Shown piece by piece: positions 54,365-62,388 of a stretch of 64,000 nt of DNA. The number at the start of each line of letters is the position of its first letter. The stretch's first letter is position 1. The translations under genes and the position numbers were made by a program. Source of the DNA: Thermoanaerobaculia bacterium (lineage in GTDB: Bacteria > Acidobacteriota > Thermoanaerobaculia > Multivoradales > UBA5704); assembly GCA_035644215.1 (NCBI GenBank), contig DASQPA010000202.1, positions 4,162-68,161 on the forward strand, written 5' to 3'. A model generated the notes under the pieces. That model was not told where the DNA came from, searched no databases, and saw nothing but the letters and a program-made list of their open reading frames with translations.

Positions 54365-55729
54365 ATGGCGACCTCTACCGCCAGCCTCGACATCCTGCTC
54401 GTCGACGACGAGCCCAACATCCGGCGGATGATGACCCTCCATCTGGAGAGTCGCGGCCACCGGGTGCGGGCGGCCGCCTCCGCCGGGGAGGCCGCCGCGG
54501 TTTCGGGGGAGCGCTCGTTCGACGTCGCCTTCGTCGACCTGCGCCTGGGGACCGAGTCGGGGCTCGACCTGATTCCCCGCCTGCTCGCCGCCGCGCCGGG
54601 GCTGAAAGTGGTGGTGATCACCGCCTACGCCTCGGTCGAGACCGCCGTCGAGGCCATGCGCCGGGGGGCCGCCGACTACCTGGAGAAGCCGTTCACCCCG
54701 GCGCAGATCGACTTGAGCCTGGAGAAGGTCACCGCCCTCTCCCGTCTGGAGCGGAAGGTCCAGGCGCTCGAAGGGCACCTCGCCGAGGCCGATCCCGCGG
54801 TCGATCTCGACAGCGCCAGCCCCGCCATGCAGGCGGCCCTCTCGCTCGCCCGCCAGGCGGCGCCGGGCGACGCCCGGGTCCTCCTGCGTGGCGAGAGCGG
54901 CACCGGCAAGGGGGTGGTGGCGCATGCCATCCACGCCTGGAGCCCGCGCCGCGACCGCCCCTTCGTCACCATCTCCTGCCCGGCGCTCCCCGCCGAGCTG
55001 CTCGAAAGCGAGCTCTTCGGCCACGTCCGTGGGGCGTTCACCGGCGCCGGCCGGGACAACCTCGGCCGGGTCGCCGTCGCCGAGGGGGGGACTCTGCTGC
55101 TCGACGAGATCGGCGACCTTCCTCTCGCCCTCCAGCCCAAGCTCCTGCGCTTCATCCAGGACCGCGAATACGAGCGGGTGGGCGATCCTACCCCCAGGCA
55201 CGCCGACGTGCGTATCCTGGCCGCCACCAACCAGGCCCTGGAGCCGGCGGTGGCGGCCGGCCGCTTCCGCGAGGACCTCCTCTACCGGCTGAACGTCCTG
55301 ACCATCGAGATCCCGCCTCTCCGCGAGCGACCCCAGGATCTTCTCCCGCTCGCCCGCCGCTTCCTCGCCTTCTTCGGCCGCGACTACGGCAAACCCGGCC
55401 TCACCCTGGCGCCGTCGGCGGAGCGGGCGATTCTCGCCCACGCCTGGCCGGGCAACGTCCGCGAGCTCCGCAACGCCGTCGAGCGCGCCGCCATGCTCGC
55501 CCAGGGTCCCGAAGTCGGCCCCGAGCTCCTCATGGTCAAGGGCACAGCCACCGCGACCAGCCCTGAGCCGCGGGGAATGGAGATCGGGGACCTCCTACCG
55601 CTCGCCGCGGTCGAGGAGGAGCACATCAAGCGGGTCCTCGCGCGCACGAGCTCGCTCAAGGAGGCGGCGGAGGTCCTGGGGATGGACCAGGCGACGCTGT
55701 GGCGGAGAAGGAAGCAGTACGGGATGTGA
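54365..55729 (+). CDS. sigma-54-dependent response regulator (NtrC family)
   Basis: Receiver domain (ILLVDDEPNIR...DVAFVDLRLG), AAA+ domain (GESGTGKG, ESELFGH, GAFTGA), and a C-terminal Fis-type HTH (AAEVLGMDQATLWRRRKQYG). Confidence 0.9.
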   Translation: MATSTASLDILLVDDEPNIRRMMTLHLESRGHRVRAAASAGEAAAVSGERSFDVAFVDLRLGTESGLDLIPRLLAAAPGLKVVVITAYASVETAVEAMRRGAADYLEKPFTPAQIDLSLEKVTALSRLERKVQALEGHLAEADPAVDLDSASPAMQAALSLARQAAPGDARVLLRGESGTGKGVVAHAIHAWSPRRDRPFVTISCPALPAELLESELFGHVRGAFTGAGRDNLGRVAVAEGGTLLLDEIGDLPLALQPKLLRFIQDREYERVGDPTPRHADVRILAATNQALEPAVAAGRFREDLLYRLNVLTIEIPPLRERPQDLLPLARRFLAFFGRDYGKPGLTLAPSAERAILAHAWPGNVRELRNAVERAAMLAQGPEVGPELLMVKGTATATSPEPRGMEIGDLLPLAAVEEEHIKRVLARTSSLKEAAEVLGMDQATLWRRRKQYGM

Positions 55730-55756
55730 GGGTGCGTTTACGCTATACTTTTCACC

Positions 55757-56071
55757 ATGGGCCCGATCGTTATCAACGCGGTTGCCTTTCAGGCGGATGG
55801 CATGTGGATCGCCCAATGCCTGGAGTACAACTTCGTCAGCTGCGCCACCACCCGAGACGAGCTACCCGGCGCCCTCATGCGGCAGGTCCTCGGTCAGATC
55901 GAGCTCGACCTGGAGGATGGCCACGAGCCCTTCTTCGAATTCAAGCCTGCCCCTGCCAAGTACTGGCAGCTGTTCGAAGAGGCGAAGCGTCAGTCAACGC
56001 CGATCCGGAAGTGGTCGGAGAGTGCGGAGCATACGAGGGTAGAGACCCAGCTCTTCCCCATTGCGGCTTAG
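55757..56071 (+). CDS. HicB-like (UPF0150-fold) small protein, orphan
   Basis: INAVAFQADGMWIAQCLEYNFVSCATTRDELPGALMRQV resembles the N-terminal HicB antitoxin fold pattern. There is no DNA-binding tail and no HicA gene nearby. Confidence 0.45.
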   Translation: MGPIVINAVAFQADGMWIAQCLEYNFVSCATTRDELPGALMRQVLGQIELDLEDGHEPFFEFKPAPAKYWQLFEEAKRQSTPIRKWSESAEHTRVETQLFPIAA

Positions 56072-56328
56072 CCGTCGTTCTGGCCGTCCAGAGCGAAGTC
56101 CGAGTGCGGTAAGTCAAATCGATAGCACAAGGATTCAACGAGATCTGAAGAGAGGGGGCCCTCCAGGTCTGGGAGGACATAGTGTCTCTTCCCATCGGTG
56201 ATCCACATCAAGCCATCCCGAGTCCCAGTCCACAGCGTCTTACCTCGATCCGCTGCGAGCCGAAGGAATTCCGATACGGTCAACAGGGCGAGGTCATCGC
56301 CGTCGGGGTCCTTCGTCTGGATGGGCAC
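56068..56328 (-). CDS. hypothetical 86-aa protein, convergent with and overlapping the HicB-like ORF by 4 nt
   Basis: An ORF with non-shadow composition (MPIQTKDPDGDDLALLTVSEFLRLAADRGKTLW...) in the low-GC islet. No family was recognised. Confidence 0.4.
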   Translation of the reverse strand: MPIQTKDPDGDDLALLTVSEFLRLAADRGKTLWTGTRDGLMWITDGKRHYVLPDLEGPLSSDLVESLCYRFDLPHSDFALDGQNDG

Positions 56329-56432
56329 GGGCGCCGAGTCTATCTCACGGCATCGACTCTCGGGGAGAGACGGGTTTCTTGACCGACGGAGCTTAACAGC
56401 TGTACAATTTTCTGTACGGGAGGTAACCGCTG

Positions 56433-56684
56433 ATGGACTCGATCACCTACACCTCAGCCCGCGCCAATCTGGCAAAGACCATGGACCATGTCTGCGAGAG
56501 CCACGAGCCGGTCCTCATCACTCGCAGCGGCCAGACGCCGGTGGTGATGCTCTCGGTCGAGGACTACAACTCTCTCGAAGAGACCGCCTACCTCCTGCGC
56601 AGCCCCAAAAACGCAAAGCGCTTGATCGAGGCGATCGCCGACCTCGAGCAGGGTCGAGGCACGGAACGAGAACTCGCTGAGTGA
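56433..56684 (+). CDS. yefM: Phd/YefM-family antitoxin
   Basis: ITYTSARANLAKTMDHVCESHEPVLITRSGQTPVVMLSVEDYNSLEETAYLLRSPKNAKRL is a near-canonical YefM. Confidence 0.92.
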   Translation: MDSITYTSARANLAKTMDHVCESHEPVLITRSGQTPVVMLSVEDYNSLEETAYLLRSPKNAKRLIEAIADLEQGRGTERELAE

Positions 56685-56935
56685 GGCTGATCTTCGCCGA
56701 GCAGGCCTGGGAGGACTACCTCTACTGGCAGAGGACCGACCGCAAGATATTGGCCAGGATCAACCAGCTCATCCGAGACATCCAGCGGGAGCCCTTCGGC
56801 GGCATCGGCAAACCGGAGCCGCTGAAGCATACCTTCCCGGGCTACTGGTCACGCCGAATCGACAGCGAGCATAGAATCATCTACAAGATTCACGACGGCT
56901 CCGTGCTCCTCGCTCAACTTCGCTATCACTATTAG
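56681..56935 (+). CDS. yoeB: YoeB/Txe-family toxin (ribosome-dependent mRNA interferase)
   Basis: AWEDYLYWQ..D.K....NQLI.DIQR.PF.GIGKPEPLKH...GYWSRRID.EHR..Y is a near-canonical YoeB. It overlaps yefM by 4 nt. Confidence 0.92.
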   Translation: MRLIFAEQAWEDYLYWQRTDRKILARINQLIRDIQREPFGGIGKPEPLKHTFPGYWSRRIDSEHRIIYKIHDGSVLLAQLRYHY

Positions 56936-56938
56936 TCC

Positions 56939-57162
56939 CCGACCGACACCCTGCTCGTCGGTCATCGGCGTCATGCATTCGGTGATCGCCATCCTGCTCG
57001 CAGTCATCGACGCCATGCATTCAGTGACCGACACCCTGCTCGCCAGTCATCGACGGCATGCATCCGGTGACCGACACCCTGCTCGCCAGTCATCGACGGC
57101 ATGCATTCGGTGACCAACACCCTGCTCGCCGGTCATCGCCAGCATGTATTCGGTGACCGCCA
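56939..57162. repeat. tandem array, about 43-bp unit x 5.2, each unit with an imperfect palindrome centred on GCATGC
   Basis: Units start at 56939, 56982, 57024, 57067, 57110 and 57153 (partial). Consensus is GTGACCGACACCCTGCTCGCCAGTCATCGACGGCATGCATTCG. Across unit junctions, GTCATCGACGGCATGCATTCGGTGAC matches its own reverse complement at 20 of 26 positions. Confidence 0.88.
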
Positions 57163-57322
57163 TCTCCTTGCAGTTTGCAATCTCCCGCGCGTCCCTCCTT
57201 TGCAGCCTGCAACACCCCACTCTCTCCGCCGCGCCCCCTGATTTCCGCTAAGCTACACTCTTCAAAGAGTTTCCCCGATTCCGGGGAACCTGGTATCGCC
57301 GCTGCACCAGGGAGAGATCGCC

Positions 57323-59209
57323 ATGTTCGGACTACGAACCAAACTCGCCCTCGGCTTCGCCGGCCTCCTCGCCATCCTCGCCATCCTGGGATTGCAGAGC
57401 GTCGCCCTCCTCTCTCAGCTGGGGGGATCGATCGACGTCATCCTGCGGGAGAACTACAAGAGCGTCGTCGCCTGCCAGGAGATGAAGGAGGCTATCGAGC
57501 GGATGGACAGCGGTGCCCTCTTCGCCCTCGCCGGTGACGCCGGGAGGGGCCGCTCGCTGGCCGACTTGAACCGCCCGCGCTTTGAGAGCGCCCTTGCGAC
57601 CGAGCTCTCGAACGTCACCCTGCCGGGGGAGGGCGAGGCGGCGCACCGGCTGGACGGCCTCTACCAGAGCTACCGCGGCGTTCTGCCTGAGGTGCTCGAC
57701 GAGGCCCATCCGCTGACTGCGCGGCGGGAGATCTACTTCGGCCGCCTGCTCCCGGTCTTCCAGGACATCAAGACGACCGCCGACCGCATCCAGCAGCTCA
57801 ACCAGACGAACATGGTCGAGGCCAACGCCCGCGCCCGGCGCCGGGCGGCGGCGGCGAACGAGCGCATGGTCCTCCTCCTCCTTCTCGGGGCGGCGGTGGC
57901 GGTGGGATTCGTCTTCTTCCTCTCCCGCGCCATCCTCGTCCCCTTGCGGCGGCTGACCGAATCGGCGCGCGAGATCGAGGGCGGCAACCTGGATCTCGTC
58001 GTCCAGGTCGCCTCGCACGACGAGTTGGGGCAGCTCGCGGCGGCCTTCAATGCCATGGCGGCCAGCCTGCGCGAGCTGCGGCGGAGCGACCAGGCCCAGC
58101 TCCTGCGCGCCCAGCAGACCTCGCAGCTCGCCATCGACAGCCTTCCCGACGCGGTCGCCGTCTTCTCCGCCGAGGGGGCCGCGGGAGCGGCGGGGATCGT
58201 CGAGCTGGCCAACCAGACGGCGATCGCCACCCTGGGGCTGAAGCCGGGGGAGCCGGCCCCGGAGCGGCATGCCGAGTGGTTGAAGCCGCTCCTCGCCCAG
58301 GCGATCCGCGAGGGGACGATACCGGCGGGGGCCGAGCGCGGCCACGAGGCGGCCATCCAGCTCTTCCAGGAGGGCAAGGAGCGCTTCTTCCTGCCGCGGG
58401 CGAGCGCCATCCGAGACGGCCGTGACCGGCTGCTCTCGGTGATCCTGATCCTCGCCGACGTCACCGACCTGCGCCGCGTCGAGGAGATGAAGAGCGGTCT
58501 CCTGTCGACCGTCTCCCACGAGCTGCGCACCCCCCTGACCTCGCTCCAGATGGCGATCCACATCCTGATCGGCGAGGAGCAGGGACCGCTCACCCCACAG
58601 CAGACCGATCTCCTCCTTGCGGCGCGCGACGACGCGGAGCGCCTGCGCGAGATCATCGCGAGCCTCTTGGAGATCTCACGCCTCGAATCGCGGGAACGGT
58701 TCCTGCGCTACGCGCCGGTCGCGCCGCGCGACTTCATCGAGGAAGCCACCGAGGAATTCCGCTCCGCCTTCCGCGACCAGGGAGTCAAGCTCACCGTGGA
58801 GGTCGATCCGCGGGCCGAGCCGATGCTGATCGATTCCGCCCGCGCCCGCCTGGTGCTCGGCAACCTGCTCGGCAACGCTCTCCACCATACACCGCCTGGC
58901 GGCTCCGTCCAGGTGAGCGCCGAGCCACAGCAGGGCTTCGTCCGCATCGCCGTGGCGGACACCGGCCGCGGCATCCCCCTGGAACACCTTGGAAAGGTTT
59001 TCGATCGCTTCTACCAGGTGCCGGAAACCGAGGACCTGGGAGGCGCCGGGCTGGGCCTTTCGATCGCCAAGGAGATCGTCCAGGCGCACGGCGGCGAGAT
59101 CCACGTCCAGAGCCTGGCAGGGAAGGGGACGACCTTCTGGTTCACCCTGCCGCTGGCGAAAACCGCACCGGCGGCCGTCCCCACCGCCACCCACAGCGTC
59201 CCGGCCTGA
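57323..59209 (+). CDS. sensor histidine kinase (N-terminal TM/4-helix sensor, HAMP, PAS-like, HisKA, HATPase_c)
   Basis: HAMP-like LVPLRRLTESAREIEGGNLD. H-box SHELRTPLTS. N/G boxes LGNALHHTPPGG, DTGRGIP and GLGLSIAKEIVQAHGG. Confidence 0.9.
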   Translation: MFGLRTKLALGFAGLLAILAILGLQSVALLSQLGGSIDVILRENYKSVVACQEMKEAIERMDSGALFALAGDAGRGRSLADLNRPRFESALATELSNVTLPGEGEAAHRLDGLYQSYRGVLPEVLDEAHPLTARREIYFGRLLPVFQDIKTTADRIQQLNQTNMVEANARARRRAAAANERMVLLLLLGAAVAVGFVFFLSRAILVPLRRLTESAREIEGGNLDLVVQVASHDELGQLAAAFNAMAASLRELRRSDQAQLLRAQQTSQLAIDSLPDAVAVFSAEGAAGAAGIVELANQTAIATLGLKPGEPAPERHAEWLKPLLAQAIREGTIPAGAERGHEAAIQLFQEGKERFFLPRASAIRDGRDRLLSVILILADVTDLRRVEEMKSGLLSTVSHELRTPLTSLQMAIHILIGEEQGPLTPQQTDLLLAARDDAERLREIIASLLEISRLESRERFLRYAPVAPRDFIEEATEEFRSAFRDQGVKLTVEVDPRAEPMLIDSARARLVLGNLLGNALHHTPPGGSVQVSAEPQQGFVRIAVADTGRGIPLEHLGKVFDRFYQVPETEDLGGAGLGLSIAKEIVQAHGGEIHVQSLAGKGTTFWFTLPLAKTAPAAVPTATHSVPA

Positions 59210-59233
59210 CCGGCTCCGCAAAGGAGAGCTTCG

Positions 59234-59317
59234 ATGCTCGACCTGGTCTTCATCCTGTTGACCTGCCTGTTTTTCGTTCTGGCGATCGGCTACGTCCGCT
59301 TCTGTGAGCGGATCTGA
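59234..59317 (+). CDS. 27-aa hydrophobic peptide upstream of kdpF
   Basis: AAGGAGAG, a 5-nt spacer, then ATG. It translates as MLDLVFILLTCLFFVLAIGYVRFCERI, a single TM helix. It is below the ORF-track size cutoff. Confidence 0.4.
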   Translation: MLDLVFILLTCLFFVLAIGYVRFCERI

Positions 59318-59339
59318 CCCGGAGCCAAAGGAGAACGCC

Positions 59340-59429
59340 ATGAACTGGGAATACCTGCTCTCCGGGCTGGTGAGCGCGGCCCTGCTCGTCTATCTGACCT
59401 ACGCTCTCCTCAAACCGGAGAAATTCTAA
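59340..59429 (+). CDS. kdpF: K+-transporting ATPase subunit KdpF
   Basis: AAGGAGAA, a 5-nt spacer (CGCC A), then ATG. MNWEYLLSGLVSAALLVYLTYALLKPEKF matches the KdpF C-terminal pattern YL.YAL..PE.F. Its stop overlaps the next ATG (TAATG). Confidence 0.7.
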   Translation: MNWEYLLSGLVSAALLVYLTYALLKPEKF

Positions 59430-60661
59430 TGCTCTCTCGCATCACGTTTTGCCTGACCGTCCTGATCGCCGTCGCTGCGGTCGCTCCGATCCCTCCGGTT
59501 ATGGCCCAGGAGGTGAATGGCGTCTACACCGACGCCTCGACCAAGGACCTGGGCGACCTCACCGGCGTGGCCGCTTTCAAGGGGATCAAGGTCCGCGGCT
59601 GGCTGGAAGGTTACTATGCCTGGAACGCCAACCGCCCGGATAAGGTCACCGTCAATGCCAACCAGGGAAGCTCGGTGCTCCGCGCGAGCGACCTGACAAT
59701 CGAGGGGCGCACCTTCGACGTCAAGGCCGAGTCGCTCCGGCTCAACCTCGCCGAGATCGAAATCGAGAAAGTGCCAGAGCGCGGCCGGTTTGGCTTCAAG
59801 GTGGACCTGGCCGGCGGCGACACCCAGGACATCCTCTACGACACCATCCGCGCCATCGCCCCGGGGAGCGTCGAGGGCTGGGATCGAATCGTCCAGCATG
59901 CCTCCGTCAGCTACCTCGCCCCGCTCGGCTCCGGCCTCCGGATCGACGTCGGCAAGTTCGTCACCCACATCGGGATGGAGTCGATCGAAAGCATCAAGAA
60001 CAGGAACTTCTCGCACGACTGGCTCTACAGTTACGCCATCCCCTTCCAGGACACCGGCCTGCGCCTCAACTACAACTTCAATCCCAAGGTCTACGGCGAG
60101 ATCTACGTCCTCAAGGGGTGGAACGTGACGTATGACAACAACGACCGGCGGAGCTACGGCCTCTCGGTCGGCTGGAATCCTTCCGAAAAGTTGAGCTTCA
60201 CCGCCAACTACCTGGGCGGCCCCGAGCGCAACGGCGACGACTACGACCGGCGCGATCTCCTCGACCTCCAGCTCACCTATGCGCTCTCGTCGACGCTTTC
60301 GACCGCGGTCAACGTCGATTTCGGCCGCGACGCCCTGGCCCTACCCGAGGGGCGGGACGCGAATTGGGGCGGAATCGCCGTCTACCTGCGCAAAAACGTG
60401 GGGGACCGCTTCTCCCCCACCCTGCGCGTCGAATACTTCTCCGACCCCCAAGGCTTCACCACCGGCGTCGCCCAGCACGTCGTCGACCTCACCCTGACCG
60501 GCGACACTCGGGTCGGCGGCAGGACGAGCTTCGTCAAGCTCCTGCTCCGCCCCGAGGTGCGCTACGACCGGTCGGACGCGCCGTTCTTCACCGACCACGA
60601 CCGCTTCCGCGACAGAAAGGACCAGTTCACGGCGGCCCTGGCCGCGGTTCTGTGGTTCTAA
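59429..60661 (+). CDS. outer-membrane beta-barrel porin embedded in the kdp operon
   Basis: Signal peptide MLSRITFCLTVLIAVAAVAPIPPVMAQE. The body has alternating beta-strand-like segments and the C terminus is ...AAVLWF. Confidence 0.72.
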   Translation: MLSRITFCLTVLIAVAAVAPIPPVMAQEVNGVYTDASTKDLGDLTGVAAFKGIKVRGWLEGYYAWNANRPDKVTVNANQGSSVLRASDLTIEGRTFDVKAESLRLNLAEIEIEKVPERGRFGFKVDLAGGDTQDILYDTIRAIAPGSVEGWDRIVQHASVSYLAPLGSGLRIDVGKFVTHIGMESIESIKNRNFSHDWLYSYAIPFQDTGLRLNYNFNPKVYGEIYVLKGWNVTYDNNDRRSYGLSVGWNPSEKLSFTANYLGGPERNGDDYDRRDLLDLQLTYALSSTLSTAVNVDFGRDALALPEGRDANWGGIAVYLRKNVGDRFSPTLRVEYFSDPQGFTTGVAQHVVDLTLTGDTRVGGRTSFVKLLLRPEVRYDRSDAPFFTDHDRFRDRKDQFTAALAAVLWF

Positions 60662-60672
60662 AGGAGAATGCC

Positions 60673-62379
60673 ATGACCAGAAACGGTTGGCTTCAGCTTG
60701 CCCTCTACGTGCTCGCCCTGCTCGCGGTGACCAAGCCGCTGGGCGTCTACATGGCGCGGGTGTTCTCGGGCGAGAAGACCTTCCTCGACCGCCCCCTGCG
60801 ACCGGTCGAGCGAACGATCTATCGCCTCTGCCGCGTCGACCCCGAGGAAGAGCAGACGTGGAAAACCTATACGATCGCCATGCTCCTCTTCAGCCTGGTG
60901 TCGATGCTCGTCCTCTATCTGATCGAGCGCACCCAGGGCCTGCTCCCTTTCAACCCGCAGAAATTCGGCGCCGTCGCCCCGGACCTCGCCTGGAACACGG
61001 CGGCCTCCTTCACCACCAACACCAACTGGCAGGCCTACTCGGGCGAGTCGACGATGAGCTATCTCACCCAGATGGCCGGTCTCGCCTTCCACAACTTCAC
61101 CTCGGCGGCCACCGGCATCGTCCTTGCCATCGCGCTCATCCGCGGCATCTCCCGCCGCGAGGCGAAGACGCTCGGCAACTTCTGGGTGGACCTCGTCCGC
61201 TGCTGTCTGTATCTCCTTCTCCCGCTTTGCCTGGTCGGCTCGCTCGTCCTCGTCTCCCAGGGAGTGGTGCAGAACCTGGCGCCCTACACGAAAGCGACGC
61301 TCGTCGAGCCGCAGGGCAAGCAGACCGAGCAATCGATCGCCCAGGGGCCGGTCGCCTCGCAGGAGATCATCAAGGAGCTGGGCACCAACGGGGGCGGCTT
61401 CATGAACGCCAACTCGGCGGACCCCTTCGAGAACCCGACGCCGCTCTCGAACTTCCTGGAGATGCTCGCCATCTTCTCCCTCGGCTCGGGGCTCACCTAT
61501 ACCCTGGGACGGATGACCGGCAACCCGAAACACGGCTGGGCGGTCTTCGCCGCCATGCTGATCCTCTTCCTCGCCGGTTTCTCCATCCTCTGGTGGGCCG
61601 AGGCGAGCGGCAACCCCAATCTCAGCCTGCCGGGCGGCAACCTGGAGGGCAAGGAGGTGCGCTTCGGCATCACCAATTCCGCCCTCTTCGCGACCATCAC
61701 GACCGACGCCTCGTGCGGCGCGATCAACGGCTGGCACGACTCCTTCACCCCGTTGGGCGGCATGATCCCGCTCCTGAACATCATGCTCGGCGAGATCATC
61801 TTCGGCGGCGTCGGCTCCGGGCTCTACGGCATGCTGGTGATGGTCATCCTGACCGTCTTCATCGCCGGCCTGATGGTCGGCCGAACCCCCGAGTACCTGG
61901 GGAAGAAAATCGAGAGCAAGGACGTCAAGATGGCGATGCTCTACGCCCTGATCTTCGCCCTCTCGATCCTCGTCCTCTCCGCCTGGGGGAGCGTTGTCAA
62001 ACCCGGCCTCGCCGGCCTCAACAACCAAGGGCCGCACGGCCTGTCGGAAATCGTCTACGCCTACACCTCGGCGACCGGCAACAACGGCTCGGCCTTCGCC
62101 GGGCTCTCCGTCAACACCCTCTGGTACAACGTGACGCTCGGGATCGCCATGCTGATCGGTCGCTTTTTCATGATCATCCCGATGATGGCGATCGCCGGCA
62201 ACCTCGCGGCGAAGAAGATCGCCCCGCCCTCGGCCGGCACCTTCCCGGTTCACACGCCCCTCTTCGTGGGGCTCCTCCTCGGGGTCATCCTCATCGTGGG
62301 AGCGCTCACCTTCTTTCCCGTCCTCTCGCTCGGTCCCATCGTCGAGCACTTCCTGATGAAGGCCGGGACGCTGTTCTAG
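60673..62379 (+). CDS. kdpA: K+-transporting ATPase subunit KdpA
   Basis: MTRNGWLQLALYVLALLAVTKPLGVYMARVF..., NTNWQAYSGE, TNGGGF and NNGSAFAG are selectivity-filter-like motifs. The ATG at 60673 follows AAGGAGAA. Confidence 0.95.
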   Translation: MTRNGWLQLALYVLALLAVTKPLGVYMARVFSGEKTFLDRPLRPVERTIYRLCRVDPEEEQTWKTYTIAMLLFSLVSMLVLYLIERTQGLLPFNPQKFGAVAPDLAWNTAASFTTNTNWQAYSGESTMSYLTQMAGLAFHNFTSAATGIVLAIALIRGISRREAKTLGNFWVDLVRCCLYLLLPLCLVGSLVLVSQGVVQNLAPYTKATLVEPQGKQTEQSIAQGPVASQEIIKELGTNGGGFMNANSADPFENPTPLSNFLEMLAIFSLGSGLTYTLGRMTGNPKHGWAVFAAMLILFLAGFSILWWAEASGNPNLSLPGGNLEGKEVRFGITNSALFATITTDASCGAINGWHDSFTPLGGMIPLLNIMLGEIIFGGVGSGLYGMLVMVILTVFIAGLMVGRTPEYLGKKIESKDVKMAMLYALIFALSILVLSAWGSVVKPGLAGLNNQGPHGLSEIVYAYTSATGNNGSAFAGLSVNTLWYNVTLGIAMLIGRFFMIIPMMAIAGNLAAKKIAPPSAGTFPVHTPLFVGLLLGVILIVGALTFFPVLSLGPIVEHFLMKAGTLF

Positions 62380-62388
62380 GGAGACACC

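Noticed and set aside
56849-57034. 61-aa minus-strand ORF with a repeated TECM motif across the 43-bp array.
   Set aside because: It is an artefact of the tandem repeat. It also overlaps the yoeB 3' end in antisense.
57291-57306. Sigma-54-like promoter TGGTATCGCCGCTGCA (GG and GC spaced correctly) upstream of the kinase gene.
   Set aside because: The implied transcription start (about 57317) would fall after the kinase RBS (GGGAGAG at 57310-57316), leaving only about 6 nt of leader. The match is probably fortuitous in GC-rich DNA.
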